Source: Acidimicrobiia bacterium
GTDB taxonomy: Bacteria; Actinomycetota; Acidimicrobiia; IMCC26256; JAENVU01
NCBI GenBank assembly: GCA_031362155.1
Contig: JANLRZ010000185.1
Coordinates: 6,282-70,281, forward strand
Direction: 5' to 3'
DNA length: 64,000 nt
The number at the start of each line of letters is the position of its first letter. Within the stretch, counting starts at the first letter, position 1. Below, one piece after another: positions 19,437 to 28,860 of the stretch. Made by a program: the position numbers and the translations under genes. The notes beneath the pieces were generated by a model. The model had not been told where the DNA came from. It saw nothing but the letters and a program-made list of their open reading frames with translations, and did no database searches.

Positions 19437-20553
19437 ACTCTCCGGTGAGGTCGATGACGTCGTCGATCGCGGTGGCGGCGACCGTCCGTTCCGCCCGTCG
19501 GGCGTAGGACCAGCCGGGCCCGCGCAGCACGTGACTCGCGCGGTCCTTCCAGTTCGTGGCCCGACCGACATCGCGGAGCATCTCGAAGTGTTCGTGCGCG
19601 GCGATTCGCGCCGGATTGAACGTGTTGAGGTTGGTGGTCAGGCCGTAGACGACCGTGTCGGCCTCGGGTTCGAACGTGCCGAAGAGTCGATCCCACACGA
19701 TGAGAATGCTGCCGTGGTTGCGGTCGAGGTATTGCGGATTGCTGCCGTGATGCACGCGGTGATGTGACGCGGTGTTGAAGACCTGCTCGAACGGCCCCAG
19801 CTGAGGAATCGTCTCGGTGTGAATCCAGTACTGGTAGAGCAGGTTGATGGCACGTGCCTGCAGGATGAGCCGCGGTCGGATGCCGAGGCCGGCGAGGAGC
19901 CCGTAGGGGACGAAGGTGCCGAAGACGTCGGCGACGGGCTGACGCAGCGCCGTCGAGAGGTTGTACCGCTCGCTCGAGTGATGCACGACGTGGATCGCCC
20001 ACATGTAGCGACTCGTGTGCATGAATCGGTGATTCCAGTAGTAGATGAAGTCCCAACCGAAGATCGCCGCGGCCAACGCGCCGGGACCCTCGCCGAGGTT
20101 GGGGCCGATACGCCGTTCCCACATCGCCTTCGAGTTGCCGTGCGCGGTCCAGCCCGACGTGATGGCGAAGCCACCGGTCGCGACGGCCGTCATGCTTCCG
20201 ACGCGTGCGACGCGTGCGGCGGCGCGCCGCACTGACCGGCGTCGGGGTGATGCGTCGGGGCCCGGGTCGCGGGCGAGACGGTCCGCGATCAGGGTCGTGA
20301 CCACCGCGCCGGCCGCGGTGGCGACGAGCGCTTTGCGGTATCGGGCGGTGCGAGGTCCGAACGCGGCGATGATCGACGGTCCGACGGTGCCGGCGACCAC
20401 GCTCAGCACCCCCATGGCGAGACTGGCGCGGGTATCGCGGGCTTCGTAGTCGCCGGCCGAAGGTCCCCGGCTCGCGGCGCGACGCTTGAGTACTTGGTGT
20501 TCGATCGCCATGGTGGCGAAGTAGCCGGGCGTCGCCGAGACGGTCAGGTCCAT
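19396..20553 (-). CDS. Fatty-acid hydroxylase / sterol desaturase-family membrane di-iron enzyme
   Basis: Histidine boxes HRFMH, HVVHH and HHRVHH. N-terminal extra hydrophobic region. Confidence 0.8.
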   Translation of the reverse strand: MDLTVSATPGYFATMAIEHQVLKRRAASRGPSAGDYEARDTRASLAMGVLSVVAGTVGPSIIAAFGPRTARYRKALVATAAGAVVTTLIADRLARDPGPDASPRRRSVRRAAARVARVGSMTAVATGGFAITSGWTAHGNSKAMWERRIGPNLGEGPGALAAAIFGWDFIYYWNHRFMHTSRYMWAIHVVHHSSERYNLSTALRQPVADVFGTFVPYGLLAGLGIRPRLILQARAINLLYQYWIHTETIPQLGPFEQVFNTASHHRVHHGSNPQYLDRNHGSILIVWDRLFGTFEPEADTVVYGLTTNLNTFNPARIAAHEHFEMLRDVGRATNWKDRASHVLRGPGWSYARRAERTVAATAIDDVIDLTGEFSDTRTPTDPARP

Positions 20554-20721
20554 CAGGGGCCCCTTCTGAAGATGCGCGCCGAGCCTCGAATGCCGATTGC
20601 CGATGATCGCGTTCCCGGGCCGTGGTGCGCAATGCGAGTGGTTGCGACGAGGCTGGTGGCCGGGTGGCCGCTGCCGGGGTCGCCGGTGGCGGCGACGTCG
20701 CCGATGCGAGAGGCTGTGCGA

Positions 20722-21423
20722 ATGGGGATGGACATCCGGCGGGTGGTCGTACTGGCTCCGATGCCCAGCGAACTGGCGCCGGTCGTCGCATCACTCCAAC
20801 TCCAACGAGACGACGCGGGGGTTCGGCGCGGCCGGGTCGGCCGGGTCGAGGTGGTCGCGGAGTCCACGGGCATGGGCCTGGAACGCGCGACCACGGCGAC
20901 GATCCGGGCGATCGAGACGCACGATCCGAACCACATCGTGGTGGTCGGGATCGCCGGTGGCCTCGGCACGAGTGTCGTGGGGGAGTTGGTGTGCCCGGTG
21001 GCGGTCATCGACGGTGCGACGGGCCGGCGCTACGCCGCACAGCCCCTCGGTGATGCCGACGGCGTGATCTCCTCCTCGGACGACTTCGTGGTCGATCCGA
21101 CCGCGATCGGAGCGCTGATCGCGGCCGGCGTCTGCGCCGTCGATATGGAGACGGCCGCCGTTGCCGCGGCATGTGCGGGGCGCAATGTCGCATGGTCGGC
21201 GATCCGTGTGATCAGCGATCGCGCGACGGATCATCCCGACGACGCGGTGTTGGGCCTCGCCCACGCCGATGGATCCCCCAACCCGCGCGCCGCGTTCGCG
21301 TTCATGGCCAGGAATCCGAGACGGATCCCGCAGCTGATGCGACTTGGACGCGATTCCCAACGGGCCGCTCGCGCCGCGGCCGCGGAACTCCGCCGTCAGC
21401 TCGGACTGGTCGCAGCCGGCTGA
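20722..21423 (+). CDS. Nucleoside phosphorylase-family protein (MTA/SAH-nucleosidase-like, PNP_UDP_1)
   Basis: ..VVVGIAGGLG.., ..AVDMETAAVAAAC.., ..IRVISD.. blocks. Confidence 0.65.
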   Translation: MGMDIRRVVVLAPMPSELAPVVASLQLQRDDAGVRRGRVGRVEVVAESTGMGLERATTATIRAIETHDPNHIVVVGIAGGLGTSVVGELVCPVAVIDGATGRRYAAQPLGDADGVISSSDDFVVDPTAIGALIAAGVCAVDMETAAVAAACAGRNVAWSAIRVISDRATDHPDDAVLGLAHADGSPNPRAAFAFMARNPRRIPQLMRLGRDSQRAARAAAAELRRQLGLVAAG

Positions 21424-21463
21424 ACCGGTCGGCGGGTGAACCGGTCGACGGTGATCGGCTCGG

Positions 21464-22288
21464 TCAGGCGCCGGCGAGGAACCGCTGGGCGAATGCTTCG
21501 ACCTGGTCGCGCCCACCTGCGGGCCAGCCACACACGAGGTAGCTGAACCCGGCGTCGGCCCACGCGTCGACGTGGTGGGAGATCGTGTCGAGGTCGTCTT
21601 CGAGCGAGAGCGACGCGGCGCGGCGGATGCTCGCGGGGTCGCGGCCGGCCGCCTCCGCGTGCGCACTGATGCGCGCCGACTTCTCCGCGAGGTCCTTCGG
21701 GGGCCCGAAGCAATGCCAGACGTCGGCATGACGAGCGGCGATCGGCATCATGCGCTGTTCGCCCGATGCGCCGATCCAGATTGGCGGATGCGGCGCCTGA
21801 ACCGGCCGCGGATGCATCGTCGCGGATTCGACGGAGAAATGTTGCCCCTCGAAGGTGAAGTCGTCGGTGGTCATGAGGCCGCGGACGATCTGTACCGCTT
21901 CCTCGAACGCGTCGACGCGCGCCTTCAGGGCGGGGAAGGGGATACCGAGCGCGCGGTGTTCGGGCTCGAACCAGGCGGCACCGTAGGACAGTTCCAGGCG
22001 ACCGCCCGACGCGTGATCGATGGTCAGGGCCTCGGCCGCGAACACCGACGGATGCCGATAGGTCAGGCCGGTGACGAGCACACCCAGGCGGACCCGCTCG
22101 GTGATGCCGCTCCACGCGGCGAGGGTGGTCATGGCCTCGAAACACTCGCCCGGCCCCTCGCCGTACATCGGCTGGAAATGGTCGAAGCCCCAGATGCCGT
22201 CGAACCCCATCGCTTCGGCGAAGCGGGCGCGATCCGCGTTCTCGGCCCAGGTCATGCGTTGCTGCGCGATATCGAGTCCGAACTTCAT
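21464..22288 (-). CDS. Luciferase-like monooxygenase (LLM) class oxidoreductase, probably F420-dependent
   Basis: MKFGLDIAQ..GFDGIWGFDHF..RLGVLVTGLTYRHP..PHPPIWIGASG.. pattern. Confidence 0.8.
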   Translation of the reverse strand: MKFGLDIAQQRMTWAENADRARFAEAMGFDGIWGFDHFQPMYGEGPGECFEAMTTLAAWSGITERVRLGVLVTGLTYRHPSVFAAEALTIDHASGGRLELSYGAAWFEPEHRALGIPFPALKARVDAFEEAVQIVRGLMTTDDFTFEGQHFSVESATMHPRPVQAPHPPIWIGASGEQRMMPIAARHADVWHCFGPPKDLAEKSARISAHAEAAGRDPASIRRAASLSLEDDLDTISHHVDAWADAGFSYLVCGWPAGGRDQVEAFAQRFLAGA

Positions 22289-22382
22289 GTCCGAGGTGTA
22301 CCACGGATGGGTAGGGCCTGATGGCCGAAAGGGCGGGCGACCTGTCCTTGCGTTAGGTGCGGCGAGTGGTCACGATCGCGGC

Positions 22383-23027
22383 ATGAAGATCTCTCTCTGC
22401 CTCTATCCCGGTTTCACTGCCCTCGACATCATCGGGCCGTTCCAGACGTTCGCGGATGTGCCCGGGCTCGAGGTCTCGTTCGTGGCCGACGTGGCCGGGC
22501 CGGTGCTCGATCACACGGGCCGCCTCTCGATGGTCGCCACGGAGTCCTTTGCCGACGCGACCGACCCGGACGTGATCGTGGTGCCCGGCGGGATGGTGGC
22601 GCCTCAGGGTGTGGACGACCCGGTGGTGCGGTGGATCCGGGCGGTGCATCCTCAGACCACCTGGACGACGAGCGTGTGCACCGGCTCGTTGTTCCTCGCG
22701 ACCGCCGGGGTGCTCGACGGGGTCGACGCGACCGGACACTGGGCCGCGATGGATGCACTCGGAGAACTCGGCGCGTGTCCGACGGGTCAGCGGGTGGTCG
22801 AGCGCGGGAAGGTGATCACCGCGGCAGGAGTGTCGGCCGGTATCGATATGGGGCTCACGCTCGTCGCGCGGATGTTCGGTGACGACATGGCCAGGATCAT
22901 CCAACTCGCGATCGAGTACGACCCCCAGCCGCCGTTCGACGCCGGCTCGCCGGAGAAGTCGACCCCCGAGATCGTCGAGATGCTGCGAGCGACGATGACG
23001 ACCAGTGTGGCTCCGTCAGTCAGCTAG
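22383..23027 (+). CDS. DJ-1/PfpI-family protein
   Basis: ..VIVVPGG.., nucleophile elbow SVCTGSLFLATAGVLDG, ..ITAAGVSAGIDM... Confidence 0.8.
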   Translation: MKISLCLYPGFTALDIIGPFQTFADVPGLEVSFVADVAGPVLDHTGRLSMVATESFADATDPDVIVVPGGMVAPQGVDDPVVRWIRAVHPQTTWTTSVCTGSLFLATAGVLDGVDATGHWAAMDALGELGACPTGQRVVERGKVITAAGVSAGIDMGLTLVARMFGDDMARIIQLAIEYDPQPPFDAGSPEKSTPEIVEMLRATMTTSVAPSVS

Positions 23028-24161
23028 AAACCCGTCGCAGGGGCCACTGGTCAACAGACTGACCGCACCGGCCGCGCCACTGAGCAGCGGGCCGATGTCG
23101 GTGTCGTCGAACTGGGCCGGTCCGGCGGCGACGACCGCGTTGACGTCGTCATGGAACTGCTGCAGTTGGGTCTGCTGGGCCGGGGTGAAGCGGCCGATGT
23201 CGACGATGGCGCGATCCACGACCTGACCGAGCGCCACCGCGTCGGCGTAGGTGGCCAACGGCGTATTGGGCACGAACGCCGGTGCCGGTCCGGCCACGAG
23301 GTCCTTGGTGAGCGCGGTCGCGATCTGGGTCTGCTTCTCGAGCTTGGCCCAGTCGACGATCTCGGTCTCGTCGTTGACCGTGTGGTAGCAGGGCCCGGTC
23401 GAATCGCTGAAGAAGACGTTCGGGATCGACACGCTGGTGAAGTTCACGTAGTCGCTGCGGCCTTGCCCGAAGATCGAACTCACGAGCCGGGTGTCGAGGG
23501 TCGACCCGATGGCCGACTGCACGGCACCGGATAGGCGGGCGCCGCCGGTCTCTGACCCGACCGCGAAGCTGGAACTGCGCAAGCTCGGTAGGAGGTTGGC
23601 ACCCTGGATGTCGAAGTTGACGTAGGCGATGGTCTTGTCGTTGGGCACCAGTGGATGGGCGACGTAGTAGGCGGAACCCAGCAGGCCGTCCTCTTCGCGG
23701 TCCCACAGCGCGATCACCACGGATCGGCGCGGACCGCCGGGAATCGCGGCGATGGCGCGCCCGACTTCGAGGGTCGCGGCGGAGCCGGTGGCATTGTCGG
23801 TGGCGCCGTTACAGATGGCGTCGTCCGGACCGGAACCGCGACAGTTCGAACCCAGGTGGTCGTAGTGGCCGCCGACGATCACGTATTCATTCGGCAGTTC
23901 GGTGCCGCGGATGATGCCGACGATGTTGGTGCCGGAGGTGAAGGCCTGCCGGTAGGCGTCATCGCCGCTCGCGGCGGTGTTGGCGCCCGCCGCACCGAAG
24001 CTCTTGAGCTGTTCGATGATGTAGTGCTGCGAATCGATCGAACCCTGCGTCGCGTTGTTCCGGCCCGCGAACGAGTCGCTCGCCAAGACGGTGACGTGGA
24101 CCCGTAAGGGTGTGCATGCACTTGCGATGGCCACGATCGCGAGAATCGCTAATCTACGCAT
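23016..24161 (-). CDS. M28-family aminopeptidase lipoprotein
   Basis: Lipobox IASAC. ..VIVGGHYDHLG.., ..GATDNATG.., ..WDREEDGLLGS.. are zinc-ligand blocks. Confidence 0.8.
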   Translation of the reverse strand: MRRLAILAIVAIASACTPLRVHVTVLASDSFAGRNNATQGSIDSQHYIIEQLKSFGAAGANTAASGDDAYRQAFTSGTNIVGIIRGTELPNEYVIVGGHYDHLGSNCRGSGPDDAICNGATDNATGSAATLEVGRAIAAIPGGPRRSVVIALWDREEDGLLGSAYYVAHPLVPNDKTIAYVNFDIQGANLLPSLRSSSFAVGSETGGARLSGAVQSAIGSTLDTRLVSSIFGQGRSDYVNFTSVSIPNVFFSDSTGPCYHTVNDETEIVDWAKLEKQTQIATALTKDLVAGPAPAFVPNTPLATYADAVALGQVVDRAIVDIGRFTPAQQTQLQQFHDDVNAVVAAGPAQFDDTDIGPLLSGAAGAVSLLTSGPCDGFLAD

Positions 24162-24223
24162 TTCGCCTCCCCGGTGAGAGCGGATGATATCCCGGTTGGC
24201 GAGCGACCTAGCCTGCCCCGTCC

Positions 24224-25003
24224 ATGGGATCCATCACAACCGATGACGGTGCGACGATCTCGTGGGCCGAGGGTGGTACGGGCCGTGACCTCGTGCTCGT
24301 GCACGGGATCACCGAATCCCGACACGCCTGGGATCCCGTGGTCCGCGGGCTCGAATCCAAGTGGCGAGTCGTGAACGTCGACATGCGGGGTCATGGCGAG
24401 TCGGACCGGCGCCCGCCCTACGACGCGATCACGATGGCGACCGACCTCGCGACAGTGGTGGCCGGTCTCGGTCTCGAAGAGCCCTTGATGGTGGGCCATT
24501 CGATGGGCGGGGTCATTGTCAGCGCTTACGCGGGCCTCGGGCACCCGGCTCGGGGCGTGGTCAACGTGGATCAGCCGATGGCGCTCGGTGGTTTCAAGGC
24601 GGCCCTCGAACCGCTCGTCCCGATGCTCCACGATCCCGCCACCTTCGCCGACGCGGTCGCGACGGTCTTCGCCGTGCTCGATGGCCCGCTGCCCGCGAGC
24701 GAACGCGAACGCCTCAACGCCCTCGCCAGCCCGGAGCAGGACGTGGTGCTCGGGGTCTGGAGCACGGTGTTCGAGTCGTCGGCCGAAGCACTCGATGCGC
24801 TCGCCGCCGAGTTGCTTTCCGGAATCCGCGTCCCGTACCTCGCAGTGCACGGCTCGGACCCCGGGGTCGATTACGTCGAGTGGCTGCTCGAGTTCGTCGC
24901 CAATGCGCGGGTCGAGGTCTGGCCGGACACCGGTCACTACCCCCATCTGGTCGATCCCGCTCGATGGTACGAGCGGCTCGATCAGTTCGACGGCGGGCTC
25001 TGA
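24224..25003 (+). CDS. Alpha/beta hydrolase
   Basis: ..LVLVHG.., nucleophile elbow GHSMGG, C-terminal ..GHYPHL... Confidence 0.8.
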   Translation: MGSITTDDGATISWAEGGTGRDLVLVHGITESRHAWDPVVRGLESKWRVVNVDMRGHGESDRRPPYDAITMATDLATVVAGLGLEEPLMVGHSMGGVIVSAYAGLGHPARGVVNVDQPMALGGFKAALEPLVPMLHDPATFADAVATVFAVLDGPLPASERERLNALASPEQDVVLGVWSTVFESSAEALDALAAELLSGIRVPYLAVHGSDPGVDYVEWLLEFVANARVEVWPDTGHYPHLVDPARWYERLDQFDGGL

Positions 25004-25022
25004 ACCGAGGAGGAGGAACGCC

Positions 25023-26237
25023 ATGGTCGATCGACCGGTGCGACGGCTCCCGGACCCGGGCGCGGTCCATGACGAACGCGAGATCGAGGCCGTGGTCGAA
25101 GTGCTGCGGTCATCGAACCTCACCATTGGGCCGAAGGTGGCCGAATGCGAGTCGGCGATCGCGGTGCTCCTCGCGAAGCGGCGCGGGGTCATGGTCAACT
25201 CGGGTTCGTCGGCGCTGAAGTTGGCCGTCGAACTCCTGGACCTGGACCCGGGCGACGAGATCATCACCGCCGCGGTCACCTTCGGGACCGACATCGCGCC
25301 GATCGTGCAGGCCGGCCTCGTCCCGGTATTCGTCGACGTCAACCCGATCACCTACCAGGTGGATGCGACGCGCATCGAGGAGATGGTCGGGCCGCGAACC
25401 CGGGCGATCCTGATGCCGAACCTGGTGGGGAACTGTCCTGACTGGGATGCAGTTCGCACCATTGCCGATGCGCATGACTTGGTGGTCATCGAGGACTCGT
25501 GCGACGTGCTCGACAGTTGGCAGCGGGGTCGTCGCACCGGTGAGCGGGCCGACATCAGTGTCACCAGCTTTGCGCGCGGGCACGCGATCACCGCGGCCGG
25601 CAACGGCGGGATGGTCGGTCTCAACACCGACGACGCGTTGGACCGGTGTCTCATGTTGCGCCGTTGGGGTCGGCGCTCCGAGACCTACCTCTTCGGCTCA
25701 CGCCAAGGGGAGCGTGATCGTCACGGGCCGTTGGCCGACGGCACCCCCTACGACCTCACGTTCCAGTTCGAGATGATCGGTTACAACTTCGAGCCGTCCG
25801 AGATCGGCGCCGCGTACGCGCTGGTGCAGCTCGAGAAGCTCACCGAATACAACGGTCGTCGCCAACACAACTGGAACCGGCTCCACGAACTCATGGCCGA
25901 GCACGAAGAGCTCCTGGAACGACCCGGGACCGAGCCCGACACCCACACGACCTGGATGCGCTACCCGTTCCTGCTGCGCGAAGGTGTCGACCGTGCCGCG
26001 CTCCAACGATCGTTGGTCGAGCGGGGCATTTCCAGCTTCATGGTGTGGAGCGGCAACATCCTGCGCCACCCGGCCTACGCCGGCATCGAACGCCGCGAAC
26101 CCGGAGACGGTCTGCCGAATGCCGACGCGATCACCGAGCGAGCGTTGAGCCTGCCCGCGCACCACGCCTTGAGTTCCGACGATCTCGGTTACATGGTCGA
26201 GGTCGTGGGCGAAGAACTGAATCGCCTGTCACCGTAG
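25023..26237 (+). CDS. DegT/DnrJ/EryC1/StrS-family enzyme of the RfbH/ColD-like (sugar 3-dehydratase) type
   Basis: AGGAGGAGGA lies upstream of ATG 25023. ..VNSGSSALKLA.., ..VIEDSCD... The segment SFARGHAITAAGNGG carries His where aminotransferases have the PLP Lys. Confidence 0.75.
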   Translation: MVDRPVRRLPDPGAVHDEREIEAVVEVLRSSNLTIGPKVAECESAIAVLLAKRRGVMVNSGSSALKLAVELLDLDPGDEIITAAVTFGTDIAPIVQAGLVPVFVDVNPITYQVDATRIEEMVGPRTRAILMPNLVGNCPDWDAVRTIADAHDLVVIEDSCDVLDSWQRGRRTGERADISVTSFARGHAITAAGNGGMVGLNTDDALDRCLMLRRWGRRSETYLFGSRQGERDRHGPLADGTPYDLTFQFEMIGYNFEPSEIGAAYALVQLEKLTEYNGRRQHNWNRLHELMAEHEELLERPGTEPDTHTTWMRYPFLLREGVDRAALQRSLVERGISSFMVWSGNILRHPAYAGIERREPGDGLPNADAITERALSLPAHHALSSDDLGYMVEVVGEELNRLSP

Positions 26238-27152
26238 AACGGCCTCGGCGGTGCTGATACCGGGAACGGTGGCGGTGGACAGAATCTCGCCGCGTGCGGC
26301 ATCGTCGCCGAGGAGGTACGCCCGCCAGAACAACGTGCTCGTCTCCGTCACCATCGCATCGGCGGCGATCGGCGTGTTCTCGTAGGGCTCCGCGTGGAAT
26401 GCGCCGAAGATCGTCACGAAGTACTTGGGCGGCTTGGCGGCCACGTAGGCCGACTGGGCCGCGGCGAAGGGCAGTGAATAGTCGCGATCGGCGTGGTACA
26501 TCAGCAGTGGAATCGGATTGCCGATCCGCGTCCCCTCGGGGTGGTCGAGCCGGATGCCGTCCATCACGATCGCCGCCTTGATGCGACGGTCGCGACAGCA
26601 GGTGTTGGCGATGAAGGACCAGATGGTGGCTCCGCCGAGCGAGAGCCCGGCCGCGCCGATCCGGTCGCGGTCGATACGCCTCTTCCACTTGCTGCGCAGG
26701 AGCGCGTCGAGCGCGAAGCTCAGGTCGGCCGGTTGTTCGATGACGTCACCGGCGCGGGACAACGGACCCTGCGCGGCACCCGTGTAGGTGATCGGGAACC
26801 GGGGGGCGAGCACCGCGAATCCGGCGTCGACCCAGTGTTGGAACAGCTCGGTGAACTTGGTCGGGTCACCGTCGTAGCCGTGGGCGAACACGATCAGGGG
26901 AACCGGTTTCGCCGATGAGGGAATCCGGAGGATCGTCGGGAGCGAACGGGTCGGCGCGCTGCGCGCTTCGACGGGGTCGACGGCGGGGCGAGATGGATCC
27001 ACCAGATCGAGTTGCACGTCGACGGCCGGCGCCGGTCGACGCGACGGCTGAACCCGGCTGGAAGACGCGGCCGGGGCCGAGGATGCGCACGCAGTGGCCG
27101 CGACGACGAGCGTGACCGCGAGCGCGTGGCGGAGTGGTCGGGAGCGACGCAT
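26229..27152 (-). CDS. Secreted/lipoprotein alpha/beta hydrolase (dienelactone hydrolase / PAF-acetylhydrolase-like)
   Basis: Signal peptide plus lipobox (..VVAATAC). ..LIVFAHGY.., nucleophile elbow GLSLGG. Confidence 0.65.
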   Translation of the reverse strand: MRRSRPLRHALAVTLVVAATACASSAPAASSSRVQPSRRPAPAVDVQLDLVDPSRPAVDPVEARSAPTRSLPTILRIPSSAKPVPLIVFAHGYDGDPTKFTELFQHWVDAGFAVLAPRFPITYTGAAQGPLSRAGDVIEQPADLSFALDALLRSKWKRRIDRDRIGAAGLSLGGATIWSFIANTCCRDRRIKAAIVMDGIRLDHPEGTRIGNPIPLLMYHADRDYSLPFAAAQSAYVAAKPPKYFVTIFGAFHAEPYENTPIAADAMVTETSTLFWRAYLLGDDAARGEILSTATVPGISTAEAVLR

Positions 27153-27192
27153 CGTGGCCTTCGGTCTGCGGAGATGCTCGAGTGCGTTGAGA

Positions 27193-27612
27193 TTACTGGT
27201 GGAGCGGGGTCCCGGTGGCGGAGCGCCGCTCGAGCTCGCACGCGATGCAGCCGAGGAACTGGCGCACGGACTGTTCGGCGCGGCGCCGAGCCGCGAGCGC
27301 ATGTGTCCGACGACCGAGTGGGTCGATCGGTACCCGACACGACGCGCTCAGGCTCAAGTGCGTGGCCCTCTCATTGAGCGGGGATGTCTGGAGGTCGCCC
27401 TGCAGTTCCTGCAACGGACTGGGTGACTCGGGGGACCAGAGGATCGGGATGACGAGGCAGTCGGATCGAGTTCGGACCGGGCCGACGACCACGGTCACCG
27501 TGGGCGTGGTGGCCTGCGCCGCGGCGCGAGTAATTTCTTCGCCGCGGGCGATGAGCCATGCGTTGGTCGAGCTGACCCCGACGGCAACCGAAACGAAATC
27601 GTCGATGAACAT
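27193..27612 (-). CDS. Conserved-hypothetical-like protein, function unknown
   Basis: 139 aa, co-directional between the sensor kinase and the hydrolase genes. ..PILWSPESPSPLQELQGDLQTSPL.. resembles a block I associate with uncharacterised actinobacterial proteins. Not assignable by eye. Confidence 0.45.
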   Translation of the reverse strand: MFIDDFVSVAVGVSSTNAWLIARGEEITRAAAQATTPTVTVVVGPVRTRSDCLVIPILWSPESPSPLQELQGDLQTSPLNERATHLSLSASCRVPIDPLGRRTHALAARRRAEQSVRQFLGCIACELERRSATGTPLHQ

Positions 27613-27650
27613 CCGGCCCTGATCGTGGGCGCTTTCCGCGCCGCCGAGTC

Positions 27651-27665
27651 AGGGTCGAAAGTCCT
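27651..27665. promoter_or_regulatory. Candidate DosR-type box upstream of the hypothetical gene
   Basis: The reverse complement reads AGGAC-TTTC-GACCC, compared with the remembered mycobacterial DosR core GGGAC-TTTA-GTCCC. It lies 39-53 nt upstream of the start at 27612. Confidence 0.3.
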
Positions 27666-28858
27666 CAAAATCGTGGGACGCCAGAGTGCGTCACCGGATC
27701 GAGGGGGACGCTCCACTCCAGGGTCATCCCGCCGGTCGGGTTGCCGGCGACCGTGCAGGTGCCCCCGAGTTGCTGGGCGCGATCGCGCAGGTTGGCGAGG
27801 CCCTGCCCGCCCTGATCGACCAGGGAGTCGAAGCCGGCCTTGATGCCGGTTCCGTCATCGGAGATGCGCAGGGTGCAGTCGGCATCGACGCGAATCAGGA
27901 GATCGATGTGGGCGGCGTCTCCGTGGCGCTGGGCGTTGGTGATCGCCTCTCGCACCACCGCGGTGAGGTGGTACGCGACGGAGACGGGAACGGCCTGGTC
28001 GATTGGACCTTCGGTGTGGAGCGTTGCGCACGCGCCGAGCCGTTCGTTGATCTCCGCCACGACCGCAGTGAGTTCGGCGTGCAGGCCGATCGTGGGCGCG
28101 TGCAGCGCGAAGATCGTGTTGCGGATTTCTCTGATCGTGGTGTCGAGGTCGTCGACGGCCTGGTCGATCCGACGGATCACGGCGTCGTCGTTGGTGAGCC
28201 GTTCGGCGGACTGCAGCGACATTCCGGTCGCGAAGAGCTGTTGGATCACTTTGTCGTGCAGATCCCGTGCGATGCGCTCGCGATCTTCGAGGAGTACGAC
28301 GGACTGCAGGCGTTCGTGGAGACGGGCGTTCTCGATCGCGACCCCGGCGGCCGAGGCGAGGGTGACGGCGAGCGTTTCGTCTTCCACGGTGAACTCGGCA
28401 CCTGACTGCTTCTCGCAGAGGTAGAGATTGCCGAAGACCGCGTCGCGGACGCGGATCGGTACGCCGAGGAACGATGTCATCGGCGGATGGCCGGGTGGGA
28501 AGCCGAACGAATCGGGGTGGAGGGTCAGATCGAGGAGTCGGAGGGGCGCGGGGTGGGTGATCAGGCGACCGAGGATGCCTCGTCCTTGGGGGAGCGAGCC
28601 GATGCGTGCAACTTCCTCGGGCTCGATGCCGGTATTGACGAACTCGGTGAGGTCTCCGTCGGGTCCGATCACGCCGAGCGCGCCGTATTTCGCGTCGACC
28701 AGGGCGGTCGCAGACTCGGTGATGCGCCGAAGGACCACGGGTAGGCTCAGGTCCGACGCCACGGCGAGCATGGCGTCGAGAAGTCGGCGGAGTGGCGGGT
28801 CCGAGTTCCATGCCACTGTCACGATGACAGTTTGACGGTTCGGCCCCAGGAGGTCCAA
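27665..28858 (-). CDS. GAF-domain sensor histidine kinase (DevS/DosT-like, HisKA_3 type)
   Basis: GAF block (..LRRITESATALVDAKYGALGV..FLGVPI..), H-box ERERIARDLHDKVIQQLF, ATPase blocks ..REAITNAQRHG.., ..DDGTGI.., ..GQGLANLRDR... Start is uncertain (TTG 28858, GTG 28822 or GTG 28816). Confidence 0.85.
   Translation of the reverse strand: MDLLGPNRQTVIVTVAWNSDPPLRRLLDAMLAVASDLSLPVVLRRITESATALVDAKYGALGVIGPDGDLTEFVNTGIEPEEVARIGSLPQGRGILGRLITHPAPLRLLDLTLHPDSFGFPPGHPPMTSFLGVPIRVRDAVFGNLYLCEKQSGAEFTVEDETLAVTLASAAGVAIENARLHERLQSVVLLEDRERIARDLHDKVIQQLFATGMSLQSAERLTNDDAVIRRIDQAVDDLDTTIREIRNTIFALHAPTIGLHAELTAVVAEINERLGACATLHTEGPIDQAVPVSVAYHLTAVVREAITNAQRHGDAAHIDLLIRVDADCTLRISDDGTGIKAGFDSLVDQGGQGLANLRDRAQQLGGTCTVAGNPTGGMTLEWSVPLDPVTHSGVPRF
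28815..28831. promoter_or_regulatory. Palindrome in the kinase/regulator divergent junction (candidate operator)
   Basis: ACTGTCA-CGA-TGACAGT, with 7-bp perfect arms, lies 30-46 nt upstream of the regulator's GTG start. Confidence 0.3.
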
Positions 28859-28860
28859 AC

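Noticed and set aside
24347-24358. tRNA T-arm-like string GGGCTCGAATCC.
   Set aside because: It lies inside the alpha/beta-hydrolase CDS, and no acceptor, D or anticodon stems can be drawn around it. I found no tRNA anywhere in the window.
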